From contig JBBTWH010000003.1 in the NCBI GenBank assembly GCA_038062835.1, forward strand, positions 2,666-66,665: DNA of 64,000 nucleotides, in the 5' to 3' direction. This document shows positions 54,301 through 62,116 of the stretch, one piece after another; within the stretch, counting starts at the first letter, position 1, and each line of letters begins with the position of its first letter. The translations under genes and the position numbers were made by a program. The stretch comes from Patescibacteria group bacterium. GTDB lineage: Bacteria; Patescibacteriota; Patescibacteriia; SG8-24; DYFX01. Below the pieces are notes generated by a model. The model searched no databases and was not told the DNA's origin. It saw only the letters and a program-made list of their open reading frames with translations.

Positions 54301-55012
54301 GGAGGGTGACGGAGTCAGCCACCATCGCGGAGCCGCCGTTGTTCGAGACGTTGAACTTCAGGAAGTTCACGCCCGTCGCGCCCTTCGGAAGGGTCGCGCC
54401 AGCCGGCGAGTCAGAGGCGAGCGAGACGGAAGCCGTGCCCGAGACGCCAGCGGTCGACAAGTTCTTGTCGGCGTTGATCGACTGGGACGAGCTCATCTCG
54501 GCCGTCTTGTTGTAGTCGGAGCAAGACGCGTTGATGGCGGCGCCGACGGAGTAGTTCGTGAAGAACGCGTCCGAGACGTCGTGAATCATCGTGTTCCAGG
54601 CCGAGCCGTACAGGGTGACGGCGCAGGCCTCGGAAGGCACGTGGCGAAGGACGCCGCCGTGCGCGATCGCGTAGGTCTTCGGGTCAGACTGGATCTTGAG
54701 CATCAGCACGCCCGGGCGATAGGTGACGTTGCCACCGATCTGGATGGACGCGAGGTCAGCGTCGGAGATGGTCATGACGGACGAGAAGTCCGCGTACCAG
54801 GTCTTGTAGGCCTTGTCGTTGGTGAACACGTAGCGCTTTCCGTCGGAACCGCAGTAGTACACCGCGGGGAGGGAACCCTTGATCAAGCTACCGCTCGTGC
54901 AGCCGGCGGCAGACGCTTTCAAGGGAGCGACCAGGACGGACGCCATCATCGACCAAAGGATGGTCGAGAGGACGATGCCCACGGTCAAGCTTTTTCGGAA
55001 CGTGTCTGACAT
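51353..55012 (-). CDS. Giant secreted surface protein, paralog 3 (1219 aa)
   Basis: Signal peptide MSDTFRKSLTVGIVLSTILWSMMASVLVAPLKASAAG; shared N-terminal module; about 490 aa identical to paralog 4. Confidence 0.75.
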   Translation of the reverse strand: MSDTFRKSLTVGIVLSTILWSMMASVLVAPLKASAAGCTSGSLIKGSLPAVYYCGSDGKRYVFTNDKAYKTWYADFSSVMTISDADLASIQIGGNVTYRPGVLMLKIQSDPKTYAIAHGGVLRHVPSEACAVTLYGSAWNTMIHDVSDAFFTNYSVGAAINASCSDYNKTAEMSSSQSINADKNLSTAGVSGTASVSLASDSPAGATLPKGATGVNFLKFNVSNNGGSAMVADSVTLRRVGPGATTDLSSVYLYEGSSRLTTGRSVNSSTNEVTFTGLNLSLAAGQTRTLWVAVDIATGAAAGNVHAMELSKAMSGTTQLSGSPFTGNNFTLAGTTVGSLTIAKTGTITAPKAGEMEAKIAEFTVAAGSSEDVRFERLTIFQGGNLSAANLTNLKLKQAGLTIATAASFDANLRATFSLSAPGMLLEKGATKTFQVYGDIGGGARAADSLKLYTEESSDVRGVGQTFGQGVTVTRTAYDGDSCTSSAGDCSYSTVEAGPVTVALKGPFPTDRATYAKDAELLRFTMVVQNRTEVRRMQIKLTASTSGAGASGLINTSTPNYTDVKIINTTSGAAWWGPSDLSGTGDAGANDLNQTLTFTDVQSLEPGVVYEFAVTADASTSITSGESVTATRLAFGTSDLRNTDNSTFLTPSSDVVPSGDMAGFAQTMYSAYLGAGLNSLAVSQSYVKGATSILALGLSFGSETGTVTKLSSLTIKGFIDADGSSDYVQGQDVDVSGTVSVSDVITSCWLIDAATGAMRGQPKSPTSGTGGVMTFAGLDWDIDSIGATGLLYCDLSNGAYLNSNAERIAFKVVANTDATVQDAVGNSVSFAAASFPINGTPSVVLTTANSGTMTYQIAPDDTESEAGLVLANTTAVLGKIRLTAANEELKQTKIRISLVGAVQNSVVSMSLYDGAALVAGPVPMSGQNADFSGFNFVVPKDASKTLTVKAILNSISGGATSGADLQITTDLTTPTAGTFEYRGTGSSTVVSTIATTDVTGRNKVLRKTKPTVSLASLPTSTLTNGTMVLSRITVTADVAEQVSLKAIQWAVTKSNAGMLIANGGGQSAVREVGQGAHISGTTTQSIGCASNGGTACTFQSRFTSEQVISAGASKTYELVLTVAGAASNHSLITNIASDTDLVTGELASVAVDADGVDDLDGTNAATAIYNFAWSDNSAIPHNDVSGATDDAADAAASDDWTNGLYVEVLPTDAQSVLMP
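53519..54987. repeat. 1469-bp segment identical to 58028..59496 (5' parts of giant paralogs 3 and 4)
   Basis: Identical antisense table ORFs 53718..54515 and 58227..59024 (offset 4509) plus my own line comparison of both edges. Confidence 0.85.
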
Positions 55013-55110
55013 ACAAACGGGCCCAGGTTAGGGGTAAATGCCCGTCCAGTGTAGCAGGTACGGAAACGAAAAAGGTGTGGGTAAGACCCGCACCTTCTCC
55101 CCCGCTCCGT

Positions 55111-55413
55111 TCAGGACAGGACCAGCCGTTTGTCGGCGATCGTGATGACGTCCTTTTTTTGGAGAACGTTGATCAAGGAGTTGACCTTGCCGTCGGTACG
55201 ACCGAGGCTGCGATCAAGAGTCTCCAGGCGATGATCGACGCGGTCGAGACGGGTTTCGACGCCATCAAGACGAGTTTCGACGCCATCAAGACGAGTTTCG
55301 ACACGGTCGAGACGGCCCCGAATATCCTCGAATTGCGGCGTGATGTTGTGCTCGATGACGTTCCCCAACTCCTCGCCGATCAGCTTGATGTCTTCGGGTG
55401 TAAGCATGCCCAT
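55111..55413 (-). CDS. Small coiled-coil protein with tandem heptads RLDGVET (paralog of 31263..31643)
   Basis: MGMLTPEDIKLIGEELG...TRLDGVETRLDGVETRLDRV; conserved promoter; start trimmed to MGM. Confidence 0.55.
   Translation of the reverse strand: MGMLTPEDIKLIGEELGNVIEHNITPQFEDIRGRLDRVETRLDGVETRLDGVETRLDRVDHRLETLDRSLGRTDGKVNSLINVLQKKDVITIADKRLVLS
55243..55312. repeat. In-frame 21-bp tandem repeat (GTTTCGACGCCATCAAGACGA, 2 full copies plus partial flanking copies) inside gene 55111..55413
   Basis: Direct reading of 55243-55312. Confidence 0.6.
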
Positions 55414-55436
55414 ATGGTTAGAGGATAACATATGGG

Positions 55437-55467
55437 GTCCTAGCACAGGCAATATGTGGGGTGTCAA
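55437..55467 (-). promoter_or_regulatory. Conserved promoter TTGACACCC...TGCTAGGAC (paralog of 31668..31697)
   Basis: Same -35/extended -10 and spacing. Confidence 0.5.
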
Positions 55468-55498
55468 CGCTTAGAGTCGGCTCCGGCCTTGCATAAAC

Positions 55499-55823
55499 AA
55501 TCCCCCTCTTTGTGAAAGAGGGGGCAGGGGGAGTTAGGTCGGAGGGCCATCCGAGCTAACCCCTCCGCCCTTCGGGCACCTCCCCTTTCGCAAAGGGGAG
55601 GACGTTTAAAAGAATCCCCCTCTTTGTGAAAGAGGGGGCAGGGGGAGTTATTCGGAGGGGCGTGGGCCTACGATTCGGAGATAACCCCTCCGCCCTTCGG
55701 GCACCTCCCCTTTCGTAAAGGGGAGGACGACTGACAGAATCCCCCTCTTTGTGAAAGAGGGGGCAGGGGGAGTTATTCGGGGAGGACGTATAAACACAAA
55801 CCCCCTCCTTGCGGAGGGGGTTT
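55499..55823. repeat. Tandem array of 3 GC hairpin repeat units (about 115-125 bp period; third unit truncated and ending in a terminator-like hairpin)
   Basis: AATCCCCCTCTTTGTGAAAGAGGGGGCAGGGGGAGTTATTCGG...ATAACCCCTCCGCCCTTCGGGCACCTCCCCTTTCGTAAAGGGGAGGACG repeated; GUGA, UUCG and CGNA-type loops. Confidence 0.8.
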
Positions 55824-55900
55824 GCTCTTTCCGGGCCGCTTAGGCGAACCCTTGCGTACCGGCTAGATCCAGGCCGAAGCCCGAGGCGAGACTCGTCCTA

Positions 55901-58900
55901 TTACGGAGCAAGGGTCGTCTGAGCGTCGGTCGGGAGGACCTTGACGTACAGGCCGTTGGTCCAGTCGTTCGACGCAGCCGCGTCTTCGCCTTCGGCAATG
56001 GTGCCGGCGACGTCGTTGTGCGGGATGGCCGAGTTGTCGGACCAGTGGATGCTGAAGCCGGCAGTCGCAGTGTTCGTGCCATCGAGGTCGTCGATGGAGT
56101 CACCCGCGAGACCGTCGACGTCGTCGAGTTCACCCGTGACCAGCGCGGAGTCCGCGGCGATCGTGGAGGTGATGCTGTCGTTCGAGCCGACGCCCGTCGT
56201 CGTGACGGCGAGTTCATACGTCTTGGACGTACCCGCGGCGATCACCTGTTCAGAGGCGAACGTGAAGCGGACCGTGCAAGCGTCGGACTCGAGCACATCG
56301 CAGTCGTCGTCGCCGGCCTCGTCGAGGTCAGCGGTGCCCGAGATGGAGGAGCCGCCGACCTCGCGGACCACCGGGGTCGCGATGCCGAGCGCGGCGCCGC
56401 GAGCGAGGTTCCACATGATCGACTTGACCGAGACCTGTTCCGCGCTGTCAGCCGTGAGGGTGATGCGCGAGACCACGGGCGTGCCGTTGGTGAGCGTGGA
56501 GCTCGGGAGCGAGGCCAAGCTGACGGTCGGCTTGGTCTTGCGGAGGATCTTCGTGCGCATCGTGACGTCCGCACCGGTGGCCTGGGTGGTCACGACGGTC
56601 GAGGACGAGGTGCCACGGTACTCGAACGTGCCAGCGGCAGCCGAGGTCGTGTCAGCGATGAGCGCGAGGTCGGTACCCGTGGTGGCACCGCCCGAGATCG
56701 TGTTCAGGACGCCCTTGACCGTGAGGGTCTTGGAGCCGTCCTTCGGCACGACGAAGTTGAAGCCGGAGAAGTCAGCGTTGCCACCGGTGAGCGGAACCGG
56801 ACCAGCGACGAGCGCGGCCCCATCGTAGAGGCTCATGCTGATGACGTTGTTCGAGTTCGCCGAGGTGACGAGGCCGACGCGAAGCTTGGTCTGCTTCAGC
56901 TCTTCGTTGAGAGCCGTGAGGCGGATCTTGCCGAGGACAACCGTGTTGCCCGCGACCACGAGGCCCGCTTCGGACTCCGTGTCGTCCGGAGCGATGATGT
57001 ACGACATCGTGCCGGTGTTCTGGATGGTGTGGACCACCGTGGCGGCAGAGGCGTTGACCGTGCCGGTTTCGGTGATCGCGTTGCCATCCGCATCCTGCGA
57101 CGTGACATCGCTCGCGGCCTGGACGGAGAAGCCGACCGTGTCGGCGTCAGCGCCGTCGAAGGCGGAGTTCGAGATGTCGCAGTTGAGCTTCAGGCTCTTG
57201 GTCTGGCCAGCCGCCACCACGAGGTTGAGGCCGGTGAACTCAAGGAGACCGCCAGAGCCTTCCGTCGAGGAAGCGGTCGGAGACTTGGCCGTGCCAAGCA
57301 TCGTCGCGCCATCCATGAGGCGGCACTGGGTGATGACGTCGCGGACCGCGGCGTCATCCGTGTTGTCGTCGAAGCCCTGGATCATCGTGGTGCCGCCATC
57401 GGCGTCGATCCAGCCCGTGGCCGTGATCGCCGTGATGGTGACAGGCGCGGCATCGCCGGCCTTCAGGTTGATGCCAGTGAAGTCGACGTTCGAGGAGCCC
57501 TTGATGAAGGTCTGGCTGACCGGGGTCGAGCCAAGCGAGTTCGTCATGGACGCCACACGGACCGTCATCGCGTTACCCAACAGCGAGCCGCCCGGGACGA
57601 CGTCGGTGGACGGCGTCAGGAACGTGCTGTTGTCGAGGTTGCGGAGGTCGGAGGTGCTGAAGGCTTCGAGGGTCATGGTGACCGTGTCAGCATCGTCAGC
57701 GCCGTCCTCCACGTCGAGCGAGACGGAGAACGTGTACAGGACGCCGGCCTGGAGGGTCTGGACGTCGTTGAAGACGAGATCCTCGGAGCCGTCATCTTCC
57801 GTCACGTCCTTCGGGCCCCACCAGACGGAACCGGAGGCGACGTTGGTCACCTTGATGTCCGTGAGGTTAGCCGTAGTCGTCATGAGGTCGGTGCCGTCAA
57901 TCTGCATGCGCAGGTTGCGGACTTCGACGTTGGACTGGGCCACCGCGGTGAAGCGGAAGACCTCAATCTCGTTCCCCTTCTCGCTGATGTCCTTCGAGGA
58001 AGGGCCCAGGAAGTTGAGGGTCACCTGTCCCGCTTCCACCGTCGAGTACGAGCAGTCGCCAGCCGAGCTGGTGCAGCTGTCGCCGTCGTAGGCGGTGCGG
58101 GTGACGGTGACGCCCTGGCCGAAGGTCTGACCGACGCCGCGGACGTCCGAGGACTCTTCGGTGTAGAGCTTCAGGCTGTCAGCGGCGCGAGCGCCGCCGC
58201 CGATGTCGCCGTAGACCTGGAAGGTCTTGGTGGCGCCCTTCTCGAGCAGCATGCCCGGAGCGGAGAGGGAGAACGTCGCGCGGAGGTTGGCGTCGAAGCT
58301 AGCCGCCGTCGCGATCGTGAGACCCGCCTGCTTGAGCTTGAGGTTCGTGAGGTTGGCCGCGGAGAGGTTGCCACCCTGGAAGATGGTCAAGCGCTCGAAG
58401 CGGACGTCTTCGGAGGAGCCGGCGGCGACCGTGAACTCGGCGATCTTCGCCTCCATCTCGCCGGCCTTGGGGGCCGTGATGGTGCCGGTCTTGGCGATGG
58501 TGAGAGAACCCACCGTCGTGCCAGCCAGGGTGAAGTTGTTGCCGGTGAACGGAGAGCCGGAGAGCTGCGTGGTTCCGGACATCGCCTTGGAGAGTTCCAT
58601 GGCGTGGACGTTGCCGGCAGCCGCGCCCGTCGCGATGTCGACGGCGACCCACAGGGTGCGGGTCTGGCCGGCGGCGAGCGAGAGGTTGAGGCCCGTGAAG
58701 GTGACCTCGTTGGTGGACGAGTTGACGGAGCGGCCCGTGGTCAGACGGGAAGAGCCCTCGTACAGGTACACCGAGGAGAGGTCGGTCGTGGCGCCGGGGC
58801 CGACGCGGCGGAGGGTGACGGAGTCAGCCACCATCGCGGAGCCGCCGTTGTTCGAGACGTTGAACTTCAGGAAGTTCACGCCCGTCGCGCCCTTCGGAAG

Positions 58901-59530
58901 GGTCGCGCCAGCCGGCGAGTCAGAGGCGAGCGAGACGGAAGCCGTGCCCGAGACGCCAGCGGTCGACAAGTTCTTGTCGGCGTTGATCGACTGGGACGAG
59001 CTCATCTCGGCCGTCTTGTTGTAGTCGGAGCAAGACGCGTTGATGGCGGCGCCGACGGAGTAGTTCGTGAAGAACGCGTCCGAGACGTCGTGAATCATCG
59101 TGTTCCAGGCCGAGCCGTACAGGGTGACGGCGCAGGCCTCGGAAGGCACGTGGCGAAGGACGCCGCCGTGCGCGATCGCGTAGGTCTTCGGGTCAGACTG
59201 GATCTTGAGCATCAGCACGCCCGGGCGATAGGTGACGTTGCCACCGATCTGGATGGACGCGAGGTCAGCGTCGGAGATGGTCATGACGGACGAGAAGTCC
59301 GCGTACCAGGTCTTGTAGGCCTTGTCGTTGGTGAACACGTAGCGCTTTCCGTCGGAACCGCAGTAGTACACCGCGGGGAGGGAACCCTTGATCAAGCTAC
59401 CGCTCGTGCAGCCGGCGGCAGACGCTTTCAAGGGAGCGACCAGGACGGACGCCATCATCGACCAAAGGATGGTCGAGAGGACGATGCCCACGGTCAGAGC
59501 CTTGCGGCTCATTTTCAGGACTTCGGTCAT
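55901..59530 (-). CDS. Giant secreted surface protein, paralog 4 (about 1209 aa from MTEVLKMSRK)
   Basis: Same signal peptide and module as paralog 3, divergent central region, conserved C-terminus (NGLYVKVLPTDAQTTLAP). Confidence 0.75.
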   Translation of the reverse strand: MTEVLKMSRKALTVGIVLSTILWSMMASVLVAPLKASAAGCTSGSLIKGSLPAVYYCGSDGKRYVFTNDKAYKTWYADFSSVMTISDADLASIQIGGNVTYRPGVLMLKIQSDPKTYAIAHGGVLRHVPSEACAVTLYGSAWNTMIHDVSDAFFTNYSVGAAINASCSDYNKTAEMSSSQSINADKNLSTAGVSGTASVSLASDSPAGATLPKGATGVNFLKFNVSNNGGSAMVADSVTLRRVGPGATTDLSSVYLYEGSSRLTTGRSVNSSTNEVTFTGLNLSLAAGQTRTLWVAVDIATGAAAGNVHAMELSKAMSGTTQLSGSPFTGNNFTLAGTTVGSLTIAKTGTITAPKAGEMEAKIAEFTVAAGSSEDVRFERLTIFQGGNLSAANLTNLKLKQAGLTIATAASFDANLRATFSLSAPGMLLEKGATKTFQVYGDIGGGARAADSLKLYTEESSDVRGVGQTFGQGVTVTRTAYDGDSCTSSAGDCSYSTVEAGQVTLNFLGPSSKDISEKGNEIEVFRFTAVAQSNVEVRNLRMQIDGTDLMTTTANLTDIKVTNVASGSVWWGPKDVTEDDGSEDLVFNDVQTLQAGVLYTFSVSLDVEDGADDADTVTMTLEAFSTSDLRNLDNSTFLTPSTDVVPGGSLLGNAMTVRVASMTNSLGSTPVSQTFIKGSSNVDFTGINLKAGDAAPVTITAITATGWIDADGGTTMIQGFDDNTDDAAVRDVITQCRLMDGATMLGTAKSPTASSTEGSGGLLEFTGLNLVVAAGQTKSLKLNCDISNSAFDGADADTVGFSVQAASDVTSQDADGNAITETGTVNASAATVVHTIQNTGTMSYIIAPDDTESEAGLVVAGNTVVLGKIRLTALNEELKQTKLRVGLVTSANSNNVISMSLYDGAALVAGPVPLTGGNADFSGFNFVVPKDGSKTLTVKGVLNTISGGATTGTDLALIADTTSAAAGTFEYRGTSSSTVVTTQATGADVTMRTKILRKTKPTVSLASLPSSTLTNGTPVVSRITLTADSAEQVSVKSIMWNLARGAALGIATPVVREVGGSSISGTADLDEAGDDDCDVLESDACTVRFTFASEQVIAAGTSKTYELAVTTTGVGSNDSITSTIAADSALVTGELDDVDGLAGDSIDDLDGTNTATAGFSIHWSDNSAIPHNDVAGTIAEGEDAAASNDWTNGLYVKVLPTDAQTTLAP
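58028..59496. repeat. Second copy of the 1469-bp identical block
   Basis: See 53519..54987. Confidence 0.85.
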
Positions 59531-59723
59531 AAGTTGAGAACCTTTCTTCAAGTTTAGTGCCGACAGTACGGCCTTGCGGCCTCGACCTTGTGATACTGCC
59601 AGTGCCCCAAAGGGGCGGGCCCGTCCGGAGATTTCCTCCTGGATCGGAGCGCGGGGCGTACTCACATAGAGGAGTAGGCCACGAGCTTCGATCCAAGAAG
59701 CTTCCTGGACGGACGGTGGATAT

Positions 59724-60791
59724 TTATGGTTGGGAGGAAGCGGGCTCGATCTCGGGCGCCGGGGTCTCGGAGACCTCTTCGGTGCTCGTCGCGGCTTCGG
59801 TCTCCGCTTCAGCGGGTTCCTCGACGGGCGGATTCTTGTCGGCGGACTCGGCTTCGGTGACGAGGTCGGCGCCTTCGCTGACCTTCTTTACGGCGGCGCG
59901 GAAGTCGCCTTGGGAGAGCAGTTCTTTGGCCTCGTCCACCGCGGCCTGGGCTTTAACGGTCAGGAGCTGGCTGGGAGAGGCGGCGCCGCTCGTCAGGCCG
60001 TCCTGCGTGGTGGCCACGTGGGCGGCGAAGGCGTCGATCTTGCGTCCGACGGCCGAGGAGAGCTGGGCTTCAGGTAAGACGTTCGAGGCGAAGCTTTGTT
60101 TCTCGACCAGGATTTCGAGCGCCTTCACGGAGACTTGGTCCAGGTTCAGGAGCGCCATCCGGAAGGAGGGGCGTCCGACGAACAGTCCGTGTTTGAAGAT
60201 CGCTTGGTATTCGTCGGCTTTGGATTCGACCCGGCTGGCGATGCGGACGGCTTCGTCGGCGTCCTTTTCATCCTGGAGGTCGGAGAGGTCCTTGCGGACG
60301 GCGTTCATCTCGTCGGAGAAGAGCGCGGCGACCATCTCGATCTTCCCTTCCCTGCCGAGGTCGGGACTGGAGGCGAGGCGGGCCATCTCGTTGAGACGGC
60401 GGCCGGCGATCTCGACGCGGCGCTCGGTGCGGTCCGACTTGCGGGAGAGCTTGAGGTTCAGAGACTCCGCGGCGAGCTTTACGTTATAGAGGGGGTGGCC
60501 AGGCAAGGTGTCGTGCGCGGCGGCGACGACGGCCGTGGAGCCGACGCCGGTGCCGACGACCAGGAGCAGGACCATCGCGGGAATGGCCATGGCCTTGGCG
60601 AGGTTTTCAGGGAAGAAGACGCGCAGGGATTCGGCGAATGCGCGAAGACCGGTCCGGCGCTCAGCGCCGACCGTGTTGCCGATCTGCATCATCAGGGTCT
60701 CTTTCGTGGAAACGAGCCATTGCGCGTCCGGGCTTCCGCCCGCACGCTCATGCTTCAACGCCTTCAGTTGTTCCACGATCTGGGTCCGCAT
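59724..60791 (-). CDS. Putative anti-sigma factor (single-pass membrane protein immediately downstream of the ECF sigma)
   Basis: Position downstream of and overlapping the sigma gene; TM helix MAIPAMVLLLVVGTGVGSTAVVAAA; Ala/Glu/Thr-rich acidic C-terminal tail; start trimmed to MRTQIVEQ. Confidence 0.5.
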   Translation of the reverse strand: MRTQIVEQLKALKHERAGGSPDAQWLVSTKETLMMQIGNTVGAERRTGLRAFAESLRVFFPENLAKAMAIPAMVLLLVVGTGVGSTAVVAAAHDTLPGHPLYNVKLAAESLNLKLSRKSDRTERRVEIAGRRLNEMARLASSPDLGREGKIEMVAALFSDEMNAVRKDLSDLQDEKDADEAVRIASRVESKADEYQAIFKHGLFVGRPSFRMALLNLDQVSVKALEILVEKQSFASNVLPEAQLSSAVGRKIDAFAAHVATTQDGLTSGAASPSQLLTVKAQAAVDEAKELLSQGDFRAAVKKVSEGADLVTEAESADKNPPVEEPAEAETEAATSTEEVSETPAPEIEPASSQP

Positions 60792-61356
60792 GGGATTTTT
60801 CGTCAGTCGCGACCAAGTCGCGCAGGGCGTCAGTCGCGCGATGCAGGAGCACGCGCACGTTGCCGTTGGTCTTGCCGAGGATCCTGGCGATCTCCGAAGT
60901 CTCGAGTTCATCGAGATACTTCATCACGAGCACTTCGCGATATTCATCCTTGAGCAGGCGAAGCTTCTTCTCCAGCATCTTCGCGTCGATGGCCGCGTTG
61001 ACCTTCTTGAGATCCATGCGGTCGTCGGCGATCATCTCCTCGGCCCCTTCGGTCAGAGGGAGAGTCTCGCGGTTCGCGCGCGACCGATAGAAATCGATCA
61101 CGCGGTTGCGGGCGATGCTATAAAGGAGCGCGCTCAAGTGGCGGACCTCTCCGCCCTTTTCGTCGAGAAGGAAGGACCAGGCCTTCAAGAAGACGTCAGC
61201 GGTGAGGTCTTGCGCCTCTTCCTCCGACGAAACCTTAAAGTACACGAAACGATAAATCCGGCGTGCATAGAGGTCGTAGATCTTCCCGTATGCTTCCGGA
61301 TCCTTTTTCGCGCGTACCCGATACAACAGCAACTTCTCTTGGAGTGGGTTGCTCAT
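60748..61356 (-). CDS. ECF-type RNA polymerase sigma-70 factor
   Basis: Region 2 (IYDLYARRIYRFVYFKVSSEEEAQDLTADVFLKAW) and region 4 HTH (LDELETSEIARILGKTNGNVRVLLHRATDALR); start trimmed. Confidence 0.85.
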   Translation of the reverse strand: MSNPLQEKLLLYRVRAKKDPEAYGKIYDLYARRIYRFVYFKVSSEEEAQDLTADVFLKAWSFLLDEKGGEVRHLSALLYSIARNRVIDFYRSRANRETLPLTEGAEEMIADDRMDLKKVNAAIDAKMLEKKLRLLKDEYREVLVMKYLDELETSEIARILGKTNGNVRVLLHRATDALRDLVATDEKSHADPDRGTTEGVEA

Positions 61357-61500
61357 GACTTTAGACGGGCGACCGAGTGATACCGTTACAGTCAGCCCTA
61401 TAACGAGGTTCAGGCTATCATGAAAGGTAGGCAGAGTCAAAGGTATAACTTCGTAAGAATAAGGCTACGGAGCTTAACCGAAGAGGTAACATTAGGGACG

Positions 61501-61567
61501 GAACTCCCCCTTGGCACCCCGAATAACTCCCCCTGCCCCCTCTTTCGCAAAGAGGGGGATTTTTTTA
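61501..61567. repeat. GC hairpin repeat (module A, reverse orientation) ending in a plus-strand intrinsic terminator
   Basis: AACTCCCCCTGCCCCCTCTTTCGCAAAGAGGGGGATTTTTTT. Confidence 0.65.
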
Positions 61568-61575
61568 GGCCTATT

Positions 61576-61616
61576 TGACAAAATGTGGTTGTTTGTCTAC
61601 ACTGGAGTAGACAAAT
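61576..61616 (+). promoter_or_regulatory. Promoter (TTGACA, 17 nt, TACACT) overlapped by the 9-bp inverted repeat TTTGTCTAC-n6-GTAGACAAA upstream of the HTH gene
   Basis: Direct reading; dyad centred on the -10. Confidence 0.45.
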
Positions 61617-61628
61617 AGATTATCCCCC

Positions 61629-61928
61629 ATGGACTCCCCTAAACACATCATTCGCGTCTCAGTTTCGGAGGCGGCCAAGCTCTTCGGCATTTCCACGCGC
61701 ACGCTCCGCCGCGCCATCGCCGACGGCGAGGTGGCCTATGTGGTGGTGCGGGGAAGGTATAAGCTGAACTTCGAGAGCCTCGTGAAGTGGTCGCAGGTCC
61801 GCCCGACCGTGCGCAACAAGCTGGCCACGACCGGCATCGGCCAATTCGTGGAGCAATGGAAGATCAGGAACAAATTGTTCAGTCCCAATCCGAAGGTGTT
61901 CGAGAAGAAGGATGGGGAGGAGAAGTAG
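61629..61928 (+). CDS. Helix-turn-helix DNA-binding protein (excisionase/MerR-like HTH_17)
   Basis: SVSEAAKLFGISTRTLRRAIADGEV; 99 aa; lower-GC context. Confidence 0.6.
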   Translation: MDSPKHIIRVSVSEAAKLFGISTRTLRRAIADGEVAYVVVRGRYKLNFESLVKWSQVRPTVRNKLATTGIGQFVEQWKIRNKLFSPNPKVFEKKDGEEK

Positions 61929-61942
61929 AGCGGCGATTCGGA

Positions 61943-62036
61943 AATAACCCCTCCGCCCTGCGGGCACCTCCCCTTTCGTAAAGGGGAGGGTATACAAAGG
62001 ATCACCCTCTTTGTGAAAGAGGGGGCTGGGGGAGTT
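61943..62036. repeat. GC hairpin repeat (module B followed by module A)
   Basis: ATAACCCCTCCGCCCTGCGGGCACCTCCCCTTTCGTAAAGGGGAGG...ATCACCCTCTTTGTGAAAGAGGGGGCTGGGGGAGTT. Confidence 0.65.
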
Positions 62037-62062
62037 CGATCCGGGCTGGGTCGCCCCGCCGA

Positions 62063-62091
62063 TCTGACGGTTGACATTCGGCCTTAAACGT
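62063..62091 (+). promoter_or_regulatory. Promoter TTGACA, 17 nt, TGCTAGAGT (extended -10) for gene 62117
   Basis: Direct reading; same TGCTAG-type extended -10 as the heptad-gene promoters. Confidence 0.4.
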
Positions 62092-62116
62092 GCTAGAGTC
62101 CCCCGTTAAAAAGCGA

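Noticed and set aside
55499-55823. Possible CRISPR array
   Set aside because: Repeat units are about 115-125 bp, internally structured and directly adjoining, with no unique spacers and no cas genes; classified as an intergenic hairpin repeat family instead
56018-59557. 1179-aa plus-strand ORF (and 53718..54515, 58227..59024, 51782..52927 and similar) inside the giant surface-protein genes
   Set aside because: Antisense frame of GC-rich repeats (G/R/D/E/V runs), no start context; useful only as evidence of the exact duplication
61440-61589. 49-codon ORF MKGRQSQRYNFVRIRLRSLTEEVTLGTELPLGTPNNSPCPLFRKEGDFF
   Set aside because: Runs through a repeat element, no SD, odd composition; more likely part of a noncoding transcript (kept only as an sRNA hypothesis)
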